Source: Hemiscyllium ocellatum
Taxonomy: Eukaryota
Assembly (NCBI RefSeq): GCF_020745735.1
Contig: NC_083405.1
Span: forward strand, 13,222,913-13,286,912
DNA length: 64,000 nt
Reading direction: 5' to 3'
The position numbers and the translations under genes are program-made. The notes under the pieces are model-generated. The model saw only the letters and a program-made list of their open reading frames with translations. It was not told the origin of the DNA and made no database searches. Numbering within the stretch: the first letter of the stretch is position 1; the number at the start of each line of letters is the position of its first letter. Shown here in pieces: positions 1 through 12,197 of the stretch.

Positions 1-321
1 CTGGATGAACTATAGTAGCTAACCAGCCACTCCAGACCCTGGCCGGGAACCTGGCGGACCCAGCTCATCCAGTTGCTGCCAAGATTGAACCCGCTGGTTC
101 TACAGGTCAGTTTCAGGCTGCCTTCGGGATGGCCAGTCTTTGCCTCTGGCTGGGTCAAAACAATCTCCGACTGGACACCTTTAAAAAAGACAAGAAATAA
201 ACCATGAGCATTAATGCAGATGAAATGATGGCTGAGTCTTTTACATTCCTGCGGTAGACTAACATTGAGACAGTAACAAAGACAGACTTGAACAAAAAAA
301 CACTCACATGATAAGAAAGTC

Positions 322-580
322 AGTAATAAACTGAGAAAAATTGTCGACACAATCATTCTGATAACTTCTGGGAAGCGGTTCTGTCAAGATCTTTCTAAAC
401 AAAGCCGATCCCGGAGTGTTGAATTACGGTCCAGTGCCTAGGATTTATATGGCCATCGGAAAGGGCAGGCTTACAGCTTCCGCCTGTTGGTTTCCTGCTG
501 AAGGCTGAGACTGGACCCTGGTATCAGCTCACAGCTCGAACACATGGGCTCATGTATTTACGAGGTTACGCTTAAACATG
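322..580 (+). pseudogene. Possible decayed Mab-21/cGAS-like N-lobe fragment
   Basis: Translation [53 protein letters not shown] loosely follows cGAS VKGVVDHLLL..F..VGLL..YYEHVKISA..F..QLEE..YFVKFK. There are two in-frame stops and the catalytic GS/EFD residues are not retained. Confidence 0.25.
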
Positions 581-704
581 GATATATACATATCTTGGGA
601 TATTTATTTTGCTGAATAGCTTCTTTGGGAGTGTTTTTTTAAATGGTGGAAGTATAATTGAGTAGCTTCAGGTCTGTTTCACATGTATTTTGTTAAAAAA
701 AACA

Positions 705-1160
705 AATTCATTCGGAAATTAGCTCCCTTTATTTCTACATTCATTCACAAGCAGATAAAATTAAAATCAAAGTTCAAACATATTACTAGCTAGTAAAACA
801 ATCGAGCCTCTTTTCCCCCCAGGACACTGCCAGTCTCTGTCCCACTACAAAATGACATGTAATTCATACTAAACATTTCAAAATTCAATTTAGGCAACTG
901 AATACAGAGCGTGTCCAAAGTGATTATATTCAGAATATTCAATTAGAAGTTAACTCCCTTTAATTCTACATTCCACCACAAGCAGATAAAGCTAAAAAGA
1001 ACTTCAATAATATTATTAACCAACAAAATTAGTGACTTTATTTTTGCTGTCACTCAAAGTCTCTCACTTTATAAAATAACATACCATTTTTAATCTGAGT
1101 TTCTAAATTCAATTTAGGCAACCTAATATGGAGCATGTCTAAAGTGATTATGTTCAGAAT
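705..1160. repeat. Diverged head-to-tail duplication of ~230 bp
   Basis: 705-936 and 937-1160 share ctcccttt..ttctacattc..cacaagcagataaa and aaattcaatttaggcaac..aaagtgatta..ttcagaat. Confidence 0.85.
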
Positions 1161-2006
1161 GTGAGTGTGTCACTAAACAGTTTGGACCCGGAGATTAGAA
1201 GCACCTGCATTGCAGAATGTCTCTTCTTGCATTTTTTTTTCAAATTGCTCCAACCCTAAAATGCATAGTAAAGGAAAGCTGTGTGCCTGAGAAACAAAAA
1301 ATGATACATAACGCCTAGGTAAACTTTTGTAAAAGCATCTAATGAACTAGAACAGGACAGTCCATAATTTTTTTTAAAAATCCTCAACATCTAAACCATT
1401 GCAGGTAACTGTCTGGGTACATCAGGAGTGTTTGGTTAAATTAGAGAGTATTACAATAATTATTACCACGAATGTAGGTTATAAACAGTACATTTCTCTG
1501 CTCACTGATAGCTCTAACAGGGGCAGTTAACTCATAAAAATAAGCAAAAATTCACTGTTACACGACTCCAGTGTTAACCATGTATAAAGGGCCCACTCAG
1601 TTTTAATGAGATACATGAATCAGAGAATGGTGCAACAAGTGATGTGAGGTTTGAACCAATTCAAATTTATTAATTTACTTTAAGATAATAACAAATGTTA
1701 CTGCAATGTGGGATTTTGGATCCATTAACTCCATATTTAGGAGCTTTAAAGATACTCAGTAAACAGGCTGCACTAACCAGAATGTAACTGCATTCAATGT
1801 CCTGTTTCTGATAGTCATACAGTGAATGCTGTATTCAGTGACTTTCCTTTTTAAAGAAGAAATGCCAAGTGAAATGTATCCATTGTGAGTAAATGGGAAA
1901 ATATAGTTTGTTTGGTAGGATTTTACTTTAGTTGATTAATTTTCCCTTTAATCGGCCAGATACAATAGTTGGCAGCAATGAAGCTGACTGCAGAAAAGGT
2001 CCTTGA

Positions 2007-2243
2007 GTTTCCAGGTTCATTTACTGGAAGGAGATGGAGTTTCTGCAGTGGATCAAAGATATTTTGTCTCACTGTTGACCAGTTGGTGGAAAGCAAACTG
2101 CAAACCATAACCACCGCCTCTGCAGAAACAAATCTACTCAGCAACAATACTGGAGAAAAGTTTATTTTTCAGTTGTGAAACTTGGAGAACTAGTCACTCC
2201 TCTCATTGAAGGAAATATTCGCAGAGTCTCAGACACAACCTAA
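2007..2243 (+). pseudogene. Unidentified decayed coding-like segment (possibly Mab-21 middle region)
   Basis: Frame reads RFIYWKEMEFLQWIKDILSHC*PVGGKQ..QQYWRKVYFSVVKLGEL, weakly resembling the cGLR (h)VPK..WRhSFS segment. Confidence 0.2.
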
Positions 2244-2304
2244 ACATCAACAGTTCATTCGAGGATCACTATAGCACTGTTTAATATTAAGAAAAATTGA
2301 AAAA

Positions 2305-2607
2305 TAGTCATAGAGTCATGGAGTGAGATAGCATGGAAACAGACACTTCAGTCCAACCAGTCCATGCCAGTCATAATCCCAAACTAAACTAATCCCACCT
2401 GTGTGTACTTGGCCTATATCCTTCCAAACATTTGATATTCATTTACTTATCCAAATGTCTTCTATTGGTTGTAAGTATCCATTACCAAATCATCCCACAC
2501 ACAAACCATTCTCTGTGTAAAAAGTTGTCTCTGATATCTTTTAAAAAATTTTTCTCCTCTCATTGTAAAAATATGTTCCCTATTGTTGAAATCCCTCACC
2601 ATAGGGA
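2305..2607 (-). mobile_element. CR1 LINE 3' end fragment
   Basis: Reverse-complemented CR1 3' UTR/tail (agtcatagagtcat..catggaaacagac..) and last ORF2 codons. Confidence 0.85.
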
Positions 2608-3207
2608 AAATACGCCAATGTTTGGGTCAAAATTGAAAACAATCCCAGCTCCAAACATTTACAAAATAGCACTATGGATCTTCCTTGAGTCCAAAAAGAT
2701 TGTCCCCTTTGATCAATGATTTGTAAAATTTATTCGCGTATCTAATGCGATGGACGTTTTCAAATAACTTCTGAAATGCAAGTGGCTCCCATCAATCGTA
2801 TTAAAGTGACATTTCGTGTGTTACCCCACACACAAAAAAAACAAGTTTGTTGACATGAGTTGCTCTGAGGAAGTCTACGATGAATTCTTTTATCAAACAA
2901 AATCATTTCCAGTGTTGTGAGGGCTCGTCTATCTTCTGTGCAATGGTCTGAATTTTAAGTTGTGTCTGACTGCAGATGAAACTGGCTGCTCTGGGTAAAA
3001 GTACAGTTTGTGCCTTTCACATTGTTAATGTATATTGCTGACTTTAGTTGAATAAAGGGATGTTGCCCCAGGCATCGTCTGGCACCTTTAATTAGACCAT
3101 TAATTCCCACATCGCTAGCCAGTGGGTCAGGTGGAGTTTATTGATATGTGATATTTTTGAAACAAAAGCTTCGTACATTTCCAGGATGAATCATGTAAAT
3201 TAGAGCC
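2608..3207 (-). pseudogene. Possible Mab-21/cGAS-like C-lobe pseudogene fragment (copy 1)
   Basis: A single frame reads ..LKVPDDAW..VLLPRAASFICSQTQLK..HWK*FCLIKEFIVDFLRATHVNKLVFFVC..WEPLAFQKLFENV..ANKFYKSLIKGDNLFG, in the motif order of the Mab-21 C-terminal lobe. Multiple stops. Confidence 0.4.
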
Positions 3208-4225
3208 ATTCACCTTTCCACTCATGGCTTTATATGAGGTCACCCCCCGAACTCTCACCCTCCAGTGAAACAAGTTCCAATCTATCTGGATTTCCAACGG
3301 TAACTTTGTTCCCTCACATTCTGCTGTTAAAGATCCTCCTGCCACCCCAGGCCCACAGAGAGTGTCCCTTGATACTAGTTCACAGAAAGGAAAGGAACTT
3401 GTCCCACCATATTGTTCAATTTTATTTGGCTTCAAACACCATAAAAAATAAATGTTCATGTCATTGCTGATTTATGGGAGAATTCCGTTTACACAGTATC
3501 TGCTGAAATACCTGCAGTACCATCCTGAATCTGGTTCGCAGGTTCACCTGTTGCTCACAAATGCAACCAGACATCAGGGAACAGTGTGTGGAATATAGGT
3601 AAAGTAGTGTTACTTCTGCAATTATAATTACTTATACAAAGTAAATGAACTCACACCAGTGTGTAATTGTTTCAGCCAAGAGCTGAGTCAACAACAATGG
3701 AAATTATGTAGAGGAAATACATAACTTTTTTTGTATTAGGTAAAATTGTATGCATGAATGAAACGGGACTGTTAAACAATGGTAGATATTACAGACGAAT
3801 AGATAAGATGCGGTGAGGGGAGAGAGTTAAGTTAGATATGCCTATACAACCAGTAGGTATAAACATCTGTTTCCCACTTTTACTGAAACACAGGAACAAA
3901 CCCCAATTAAAAGGGTCACAAGGATCAGTGTGGTAGGGGAAGACACAGATGGAGGGAGTAGATAATGGTGAAGAAAGGATATGCCTAACAATGGGCCACA
4001 GCGGGATGAGGTCAAACGGCCATGTGAGACAAGAAATAAGCATTTTGTCACAGACAAGGCTGGATAAGGCAAGAGATAAACAGGAGTAATGGGCACCGGT
4101 CTTAGGGAAGTGGAAAATGTAAACAGGGGAGGAGCAATGGGATAAAAAAATAGAAACCAAATTACATAAATATCGTGTATTAATTGAATTCAGTGTGTGT
4201 CCCTGACTTGTTGACGTGGACATCA

Positions 4226-4501
4226 TGCCCGAAATGTTGAATTTCCTGTTCCTTGGATGCTGCCTGACCTGCTGCGCTTTTCCAGCAGCACATTTTCAGC
4301 TCTGAAACTCCAGCATCTGCAGGCCTCACTTCCTCCTCGAAGATTTTAACCTACTGCGAATCCTCTTGCAAGGATGCCTTCCTTGAAGAAGCTCTCTTCT
4401 TCCCCCTCATTCCTGATAAAGGGCTTATGCCCGAAACATCGAATTTCCTGTTCCTTAGATGTTGCCTGACCTGCTGTGCTTTTCCAGCAACACATTTTCA
4501 G
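4226..4501 (+). mobile_element. Penelope-like element: tandem terminal repeats plus start of internal region
   Basis: Two direct copies of gcccgaaa..ttccttggatgctgcctgacctgc..cacattttcagc separated by internal sequence; TSD cgtgg(a/g)catca at 4215-4225 and 4502-4512. Confidence 0.85.
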
Positions 4502-5123
4502 CGTGGGCATCACACCCTCTTGCAAGAATAAAATAAAGGGCACCACTGATTCAGATTTTGTCTTGGACTGAAATTATTGAAGTGTGTGAGCTTTGTTTCT
4601 CACAAGTAAACATCGTCCACACCCACCCCTCCACCCTTCCCTTCTGTACTTTTCATTTTGTGAAATCCATGTTGTTAATAATCAGTTAAAAGAAAGATTT
4701 TTTAAAACTTTCTTAATTCATGTTGCTGATCTTGGCTGAGTAAAGGTATATTGCTGTCAGCATTTCTGGGGAACATGTCTGCATTTTTTTCATGTCAGTT
4801 TACAATGATATTAAGTCAAGAATTGTCAAAATGTCCTGAGAAACAACGTTTAGAAATGGGTGTTCTGCCCCTACTTTTTTCCCCATAAACCAGGATTTAC
4901 AGCATTGGAAATCATATCTATGTTGATAATGGACTAGACCCTACACAATGTTCCCGAATGTTTACTTCAAGTGCTAGGATTATGGACAACGTGCTATAAA
5001 GTGGGTGTTGGCTGGAAGGTTCTGTTTTCATGTGATACAGGTGTGATGGGCGAAGTGATCTCTCTCTGTCGTGAAAACTTCATCTTTCCTAAATTCATCT
5101 TTCCTACTTTGTCTCGTTCACAG

Positions 5124-5708
5124 GCTCTAATTCACATGATTCATACCAGAAATATTCCAAGCCTTCGGTTCAATGATATCAATAAACTCCACCTGACTCT
5201 CCGGCTAGTGATGTGGAAATTAATGGTCTAATTAATGGTGCCAGACGATGCCTGGGACAACATCCCTTTATTCAACTAAAGTCAGCAATGTACATTAGCA
5301 ATGTGAAAGGCACAAATTGTACTTTTACACAGAGCAGCCAGTTACATCTGCATTCAGATACAAAATTCAGACCATTGCACAGAAGATAGATGAGCCCTCA
5401 CAACATTGGAAATGATTTTGTTTGATAAAACAGTCCATCATAGACTTGCTTAGAACAACTCGTGACAACAAAATTGCTTGTTTTTTTTGTGTGGGGTAAC
5501 ACATGAAATGTTACTGTATTCCGACTGATGTGAAACATTTGCACTTCAAGTTATTTGAAAACATCCTTCACAACAGATATGGGAGCAAATTTTAGAAATC
5601 ATTGATCAAAGGGACATTTTTTTTTGGACTCAAGGAAGATCCATAGTGATATTTTGTAAATGTTTGGAGCTGTGATTGCTTTAAATTTCTAACTAAGACA
5701 TTGGCATA
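5124..5708 (+). pseudogene. Possible Mab-21/cGAS-like C-lobe pseudogene fragment (copy 2)
   Basis: Inverted paralog of 2608-3207. It begins exactly after a polypyrimidine tract and cacag splice acceptor (AG at 5122-5123) and shares four stop codons with copy 1. Confidence 0.4.
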
Positions 5709-6217
5709 CAATGGACAACATCACAATTTGCTGTAACATGAAACTCGCAACCAATGTGAACCATCGCCTGATGGTTCAGAATTTAACAAGGACCTCGCAA
5801 GGTTCGTGGAATGGACCGACGAGTGATACATGAAAATTAACAAAGGCATTTCTGAAATGATTAATTTAGCTAGGAAGAATGTAAAGACACAAATTCACAT
5901 CTCTGTTTGCATTTCAATATACTACAAATTACTTTTCCATTATATCCTAAAATACTTGTGTCTTTGTTCATATTTAATACACTTTATCTTGTTCCGGGGT
6001 TAAGATAGTTTCTTTATTTATTTCACTCAAGACTGTATGCTGTATTTTTGCCTCAGTATTGACCAAACTCGGTTTGGTGCCAGCTTATATCACTTGAGCT
6101 GCTTTTTCAGGAAGTGAATCTCTCCACCTGTTAAGTCAAAATAATCTGTTCATGCTTAGATCGAAATAAATCCTATTAATATCATCCCAAATTCAGACTC
6201 GGTTATTTTGTATTTAT

Positions 6218-7287
6218 TCATTGGAATTGAACAGTAATATGACTGGTTGTTCTTGGTGGAGCGGGAGGGGGAGTTAAAGTGTTCAGCCACGGGGCCGTGG
6301 GGTTGGTTGGCACGGGTGTCCCAGAGATGTTCTCTGAAATGATCAGCAAGTTAGTGTCCTGTCTCCCTGATGTAGAGGAGACCACATCAGGTGGAACAGA
6401 CACAGTGAATGACATTTGTGGAAGTATAGATAAGTTTCTGTGGGATGTGGAAGGATCATTTGGGGCCTTGTCAGAGGTGAGGGGGTAGGTGTGGGCGCAG
6501 GTTTTGCACTTCCTGTGCTAACAGGGGAAGGTGACAGGGGTGGGGAGTGGGCTGGTGGGGGGGCATGGACCTGACAAGGGAGTAGTAGAGGGAATGGTGT
6601 CTCCAGAATGCAGATAGGTGTAGGGACGGAAATATACCCTGAGGATGGGGTCTGTTTACGGTGGTGGAAGCAGCAGAGGATGATATGATGTATGCAAGGT
6701 TGGTGCGGTGGAAGATGAGGACCAGGAGAGCTCCCTGCTGCGATTGGAGGAATGGGATTCAAGGGCATCATTGACCACATGGGAGGGGAAATTGCAGTCT
6801 TTGATAAAGGATCTGGGATGTTTTATGTTGGAACTGGTAAACTCCTGGGAGCAGATGCGGTGGAGGCAGAGGAATTGAGAATAAAGGATGGCATTTTTAC
6901 AGGAGGTAAGTGGGAGGAGGTGTAGTCCCGATAGCTGTGGGAGTCAGTGGGCTAATAGTAAATGTTTAGTTGGTCACTGGAGATAGAGATGGAGAGATCT
7001 AGGAAAGGAAGGGAGGTGTCCGAGATGGTCCCTGTAAAGTTTAGGTCAGGGTGGAAGGTTTTAGTAAAGTTGATGAACTGTTCAACCTCCTAGTGGTTGC
7101 ATGAGGTGGCGTTGACACAGTCATCAATATAGCGGTGGTAAAGGTGGGCAATGATACCGGTGTAGCTGCGGAAGATTGACTGTTCCACATATCTGACGAA
7201 GAGGCAGGCATAGCTGGGGTCCATGGCTACCCCTTTGGTTTGGAGGATGTGGGAGGATTGAAAGGAAATGTAGTTGAGGTTGAGCAT
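6218..7287 (-). mobile_element. Penelope-like element RT and GIY-YIG fragment
   Basis: Translation includes QTKGVAMDPSYACLFV..HRYIDDC (RT), followed by a degenerate GIY-YIG region (CKTCAH..YIRETG..FREH..N..VAEHFNS-like). Confidence 0.9.
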
Positions 7288-8539
7288 GTACTGCTTGGGT
7301 TGACGTGACAGGAAGAAACGGAGGGCTTCGAGGCCTACACCATGGCGTTTGGATGTGTGCAGGGCCTGGACATTCTGTTCATTCTGGGGCTTATCAATAG
7401 CTTGCAGTTATTATGGAACTGCAAGGGCAATGTCTGGGAACTCAGAGAAACCAATGTTTCAGTCTTCTGCTTGAAGCAAATTTTGACCAGAACATTTAAA
7501 CACCATAAAGTTCACTGTAGGAAATGCCAGTGCTGCAACTTTTAATAATATTTGAAACTTTGTTAAAAGTAGGGATTTTTAGTCATAGTTTCTGAAATAA
7601 TCAAGAAAAGAATTAACCGTTAGAACAAGCTCTTTCAAAGAGAGAGGATTTGCAAAGTTTGAAACCATACAGTGCTGTGGTTTATTTGAATTCAATGTCG
7701 GTCAGAGTTAGATACAGACAAGGTGATATCTCCATATATTGATTCTGTTAATCTGACACACCAACATACCTGTCTGTACAAAACTGTATTATTTGTTTAA
7801 TTGATCAAAATTTAGGAAATAGATCAAACAGAATGTATTCAGCTGGGAAGGTGATGGATACAGAAGACAGAATCAAAAGCTGGGAGCATGAAATCTGAAG
7901 AGAGAGTAACAAGTAGTACACGATCAAAGACATGAAAACGTGCATGTCAATGTGTTCCAGACATTAGTGAATAGAATGAGCTTGTTAGATAGTCGAGAGA
8001 CTCGTCCAACGACATCCTGGAATCAGACCGTGAAATAGAGATCGAAAGGTCGATTTGCAAACGTCACTTCAATGTGATCACTTCACACTCTGTGTCCTGA
8101 TATAGGCCACATTGGCAGATGTTTCTACCAGATTGTATCCCCGGGTTTATTTTCTGATCAGGAGTGAGATGTGTGGCTTGCTGCTGGCACATAGAAACAG
8201 GAAGTTGCGCGCCAGCTGAGAATGATACACCAGGCGCTACTTTCCGTATTATCAGCACAAACAGTCTTCCTACCTCTGAGGGTGAACACACACTGACAGT
8301 GTCAAAAACAAATGGACAGTTTGCTGTTGGTCTCAACATTGTATTCAATTCCATTCCCATTTTCCAGAATGAAACAGAAGAGACACAAGATTATTTCAGC
8401 TAGAGTAAATTATCTGTCAGAGAGATAAGAAGAGTTATCACCAGGTGAAAAGAGCGAAATGACAATATGTAGTTTCGCTCATAAACCTATGTTTAAAAGT
8501 AGAAAGCTTGAGGGAAGTTAATAAATAAATCTAAGAGAC

Positions 8540-9150
8540 AGCATTCATTAAAAGTTGGAATTGTAAGGTTTAAGCAATAAAATTCAGCAGGGCTTTGGTG
8601 GAAGTGATATCATATTGGAAGTGGTTGATTCTGTTTTCCGGAGAGGCAATGAGATGTGCCATCGGGTGTAAAAGGTGGATGTAATGCTTCTTGACTTCAA
8701 TCAGGTTTTTGACCAGATCTTGCATCTTCAATATGCAAAGGGTTCATGGTGCAGTTTGGCAAATGCATCGAAGGTTTATTTGTTGGCAGAAGGTAATGGT
8801 CGAAGGTAGACATTGTGAAGACATCTTGTGTCCAGTGGCTTACTATATGACTTGGTGCTGGATCCTTTGCTGTTTGCAGCGTATATGAACGATCTAGTCA
8901 AGAATGTAGCAATTTTGATCAGTAAGTTCAAAGATGAGGTGAAAAACGTTTGGTTTTGCAATTAATGAGGAGGAAAGCCAGTGTGACATCGATGACCTTG
9001 CCTGTTGGAGAGAAGAATTGAAATTAGAACATTATATCCTAAAGTCTGTGAAGTAAAGCATTTTCAAGACTAACAAATTAAGCGAATATACGATGCATTG
9101 TTGGGATCTAGAAATACAAAGGATAAGCGATCTTCTGTTGTGCATATCCA
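8540..9150 (+). mobile_element. Degenerate CR1 RT fragment
   Basis: Remnants of DFxKAFD, VPQGSVLGPLLF and KFADD motifs with many substitutions. Confidence 0.65.
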
Positions 9151-9827
9151 CATCATGGGAGTGCGGGTTGGAGTTATAGTCTGGAGATATTGTGGCTAGA
9201 CCATTAATTCAGGAAACTGGGGTCTGCTGCCACATCAAGTCATGAATTAAAGTTGATAATTAAACAACTCATTGAAGGAATAAGCTTCACAGATATCCCC
9301 TTGCTCTGCTTTGGAGAGCACAACACAACAGCGCAAAAGTTAAGGCTGAAGCATTCACAGCAATTGTCAGCCAGAAGTGCCAATTGTCTGATCCATCTCG
9401 GCATCTTCCATAGATCACCAATATTACAGATACCTGTCTTCAGGGAATTCGCTTCTCTCCATGTGAAATCAAGACACTGTTGGGTGGGGGGCACTGGTTA
9501 CTGCAAATGCTATGGAGCCTGACAAAATTCTGGCAATAATACTGATGACTTGTGCTAGCCAAGCACTCTCAGTATAGCTACAATACTGGCATGGACAATG
9601 TGGAAAATAGGCCAGGCATGTCCTGTGCACAGAAAACAGGTCAAACCAACCTGGCGAATTACTGCTCCATCAGTCCATGCTCAATCATGAGTTAGGTGTA
9701 GGAAGGTGCCTTCAACAGTGCTATCAAGCAGCACTAGCTCAGTAATAACCTGTTCGGTGACATAAAATGTGGGTTACGCAAGGCCTACTCAGCTCATGAC
9801 TGAATTACAGACTTGATTTAAACATGG

Positions 9828-10054
9828 CTTAAAAATGTGTTGCTGGAAAAGCGCAGCAGGTCAGGCAGCATTAAAGGAGCAGGAGAATCGACGTTTTGGG
9901 CATAAGCCCTTCTGAAGCCTGATTCCTGAGGAAGGGCTTATGCCCGAAACGTTGATTCTCCTGCTCCTTTGATGCTGCCTGACCTGCTGCGCTTTTCCAG
10001 CTACACATTTTTAAGCTCTGATCTCCAGCATCTGCGGTCCTCACTTTCTCCTAG
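9828..10054. mobile_element. Fold-back PLE terminal-repeat insertion
   Basis: Left arm is the reverse complement of the right arm; 15-bp TSD ttgatttaaacatgg at 9813-9827 and 10055-10069. Confidence 0.9.
9922..9957 (+). ncRNA. Minimal type I hammerhead ribozyme motif (variant)
   Basis: attc-CTGAGGA-A-GGGC-TTAT-GCCC-GAAA-CGTT-gatt: core, stem II hairpin, ACGT palindrome as stem III and an imperfect stem I. Confidence 0.5.
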
Positions 10055-10889
10055 TTGATTTAAACATGGACAAAGAACTGAATTCCAGAAATGAGGGAAG
10101 AGTGACAGCCCTTCACATTAAGGTCACATTCAACAGAGTGTGATATTATGGAGTCCTAGCAAAACTGGATTCAATGGTTATCAGGTGACAACCTCCCTGC
10201 TGCCTGCAGTCAGACCTCACACATTGGAAGGTGGCTCTGCTTGTTACAGGGCAGTCGTCTCAGCCAAAGCAAATCTTTGTTGGAGTTCCTAAAGAAAGTG
10301 TCCTTGGCCCAATCATGTTCAGCTGCTTCAGCAATGACTTTCCCGCCATCAGAAGGTCAGAAGTGAAATCTGCATTGATCGAGCACTTTTTTTTGGGACT
10401 TCTCAGTCCACATTCAAATGCAACAAAATCTGGACAATTTCCAGACTTGAGCTGACAAGTGGCAAATAGCATTCACACCACAAACCTGCGAGACAATGAC
10501 CATTGACAATAAGAGACAATCTAACCAAAACCCCTTGACATTCAATAGTGTTACCATCACTGAATCCCTCACCATCGACATCCTGGGTTTTATTGTTCAT
10601 TAGAAATTGAGCTGGACACTCCATATAAATGCAATGGTTGTAAGAGCAGGCCAGAGGCTAGGAATACTGCAGCGAGTAACTCACCCTCCTGATTTGCAAA
10701 GCCAATTGACTGCCTAAGAGACAGAAGTCAGGAGGGTAATAGCACAGCTCGCCCTTTGACAGGACAGGAGCACCTTCAACTTCCCTCAAGAAGCTAGGCA
10801 TTGTCCAGGACAACGCATCCCACTTGATCAGCAGCACATCCACAAGCGTCCATTGCCTCCAAATCTGATGCTTAGTACCTGCCGTATGC

Positions 10890-10984
10890 TGAAAAATGTG
10901 TTGCTAGAAAAGCGCAGCAGGTCAGGCAGCATCCAAGGAGCAGGGGAATTGAAGTTTCGGGCATAAGCCCTTCTTCAGGCAAAT
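10890..10984 (-). mobile_element. Solo PLE terminal-repeat insertion
   Basis: tgaaaaatgtgttgct..tttcgggcataagcccttcttcagg; TSD ctgccgtatgc at 10879-10889 and 10985-10995. Confidence 0.85.
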
Positions 10985-11628
10985 CTGCCGTATGCACTAT
11001 CTAACATACTTCACTGCAGTAACTTAGCCACTTCCTTACACAGTACCTTCCCACTCCCACTTGCATCTCGATGGATAAGAACAGCAGATACATGGGAACA
11101 GCACCACTGTAAGCTCCTCTCTAAACTACTCGGCATCCTGACATGGAAATATATCATCGATCTTTTACTGTAACTGGGTCAAAATCTGGAATTCCCTTCC
11201 ACAGGGCATTTTGGAAGATGTTATTTCAGAAAGGCAGCTTTCTGCCATCTTCTGAAGGACACCTACCGACAACTAAAAGCAACCACCGTGTTCCATGAGT
11301 CAATAAAAAAATCATTGAAGCTACTATGACAGTTTGAGAAAGTGGTTAAGGAGGCATTATGAGCATGTAATAAGCAATCAAAAGGTTTGGAGTAAAGTTC
11401 CAGAATCAATCTCTACCATAGTAGCTTCAATTAATGAAAGAGTATGAAATGAAACTGCTGAAGTAACGAATGATAATCACAGACCTACCAAAGTTTTGAA
11501 GCATGTTACATGGTTCAGTATTGTCCTTCAGAGGAGGATGTGTGGCCTTCCTACCTGGCCTGCCCTACCTGTTCAACAAAAAGGCGATGGTTCCTTTCCT
11601 GTGCCGAACCTGACTAAGAAACCCATCA

Positions 11629-11846
11629 GGAGAAAGTGAGGACTGCAGATGCTGGAGATCTGAGTTCAGAGTGTAGTGCTGGAAAAGCACAGCAGGTCAG
11701 GCAGCATCCAAGGAGCAGGACAATCAACGTTCCAGGCAAAACAACTACATCAGGAATCTTAATGAAGGCCTTATGCCCAAAACGTCAATTCTCCTGCTCC
11801 TCGGATGCTGCCTGATCTGCTGTACTTTTCCAGCACTACAGTCTCG
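11629..11846. mobile_element. Older fold-back PLE terminal-repeat insertion
   Basis: Inverted arms ..gctggaaaagcacagcaggtcaggcagcatccaagg / cggatgctgcctgatctgctgtacttttccagc; degenerate TSD gact(a/g)agaa. Confidence 0.8.
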
Positions 11847-12197
11847 ACTGAGAAGCCATTTGGTTGTAATAAAGCTCCTCAAGAACGATCAACCATAATT
11901 GGCCAAACAAGATGGCAGGCCTTCAAAAAGGGAGCTGATGACCACCTTCTTGGGATATGTGACTAACTTTTTCATAATTCAGTGAAGAATTCAACAAATG
12001 CAAATGACGGTGAGTCAGGCTCTTCAGACAGAGTCCGATACAGATTTTAGATTGGTGATTGGATGCAAAGTCTCCTGTGATGTTGCTGTGAACAGCAAGA
12101 GAGTTCTTGCCAGTATTCCACTCCAATATTTGTTCATGATGTAAAGTGTCAGATTTATTGCATTTCTGTGCTTTCTGTACATTTCCAACATTCTTGT

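Larger units (their letters stand above)
2608..5708. repeat. Inverted duplication: arms 2608-3207 and 5123-5708
   Basis: The arms are reverse complements over ~600 bp (e.g. gttgaataaagggatgttg/caacatccctttattcaac; ccttgagtccaaaaa/tttttggactcaagg) with scattered substitutions and small indels. Confidence 0.95.
9490..11312 (+). mobile_element. Second LINE family (CR1/L2-clade-like), 5'-truncated RT to 3' tail
   Basis: WKIxQxCPVHxK..NYxxISxxSI, GVPKESVLGPIMFSCFSND motifs; ends ..ccatgagtcaataaaaaaa; interrupted by two PLE inserts. Confidence 0.85.

Noticed and set aside
3000-3060. RHIM-like AIYINNVKG in an alternative minus-strand frame
   Set aside because: Lacks the core (I/V)Q(I/V/L)G tetrad.
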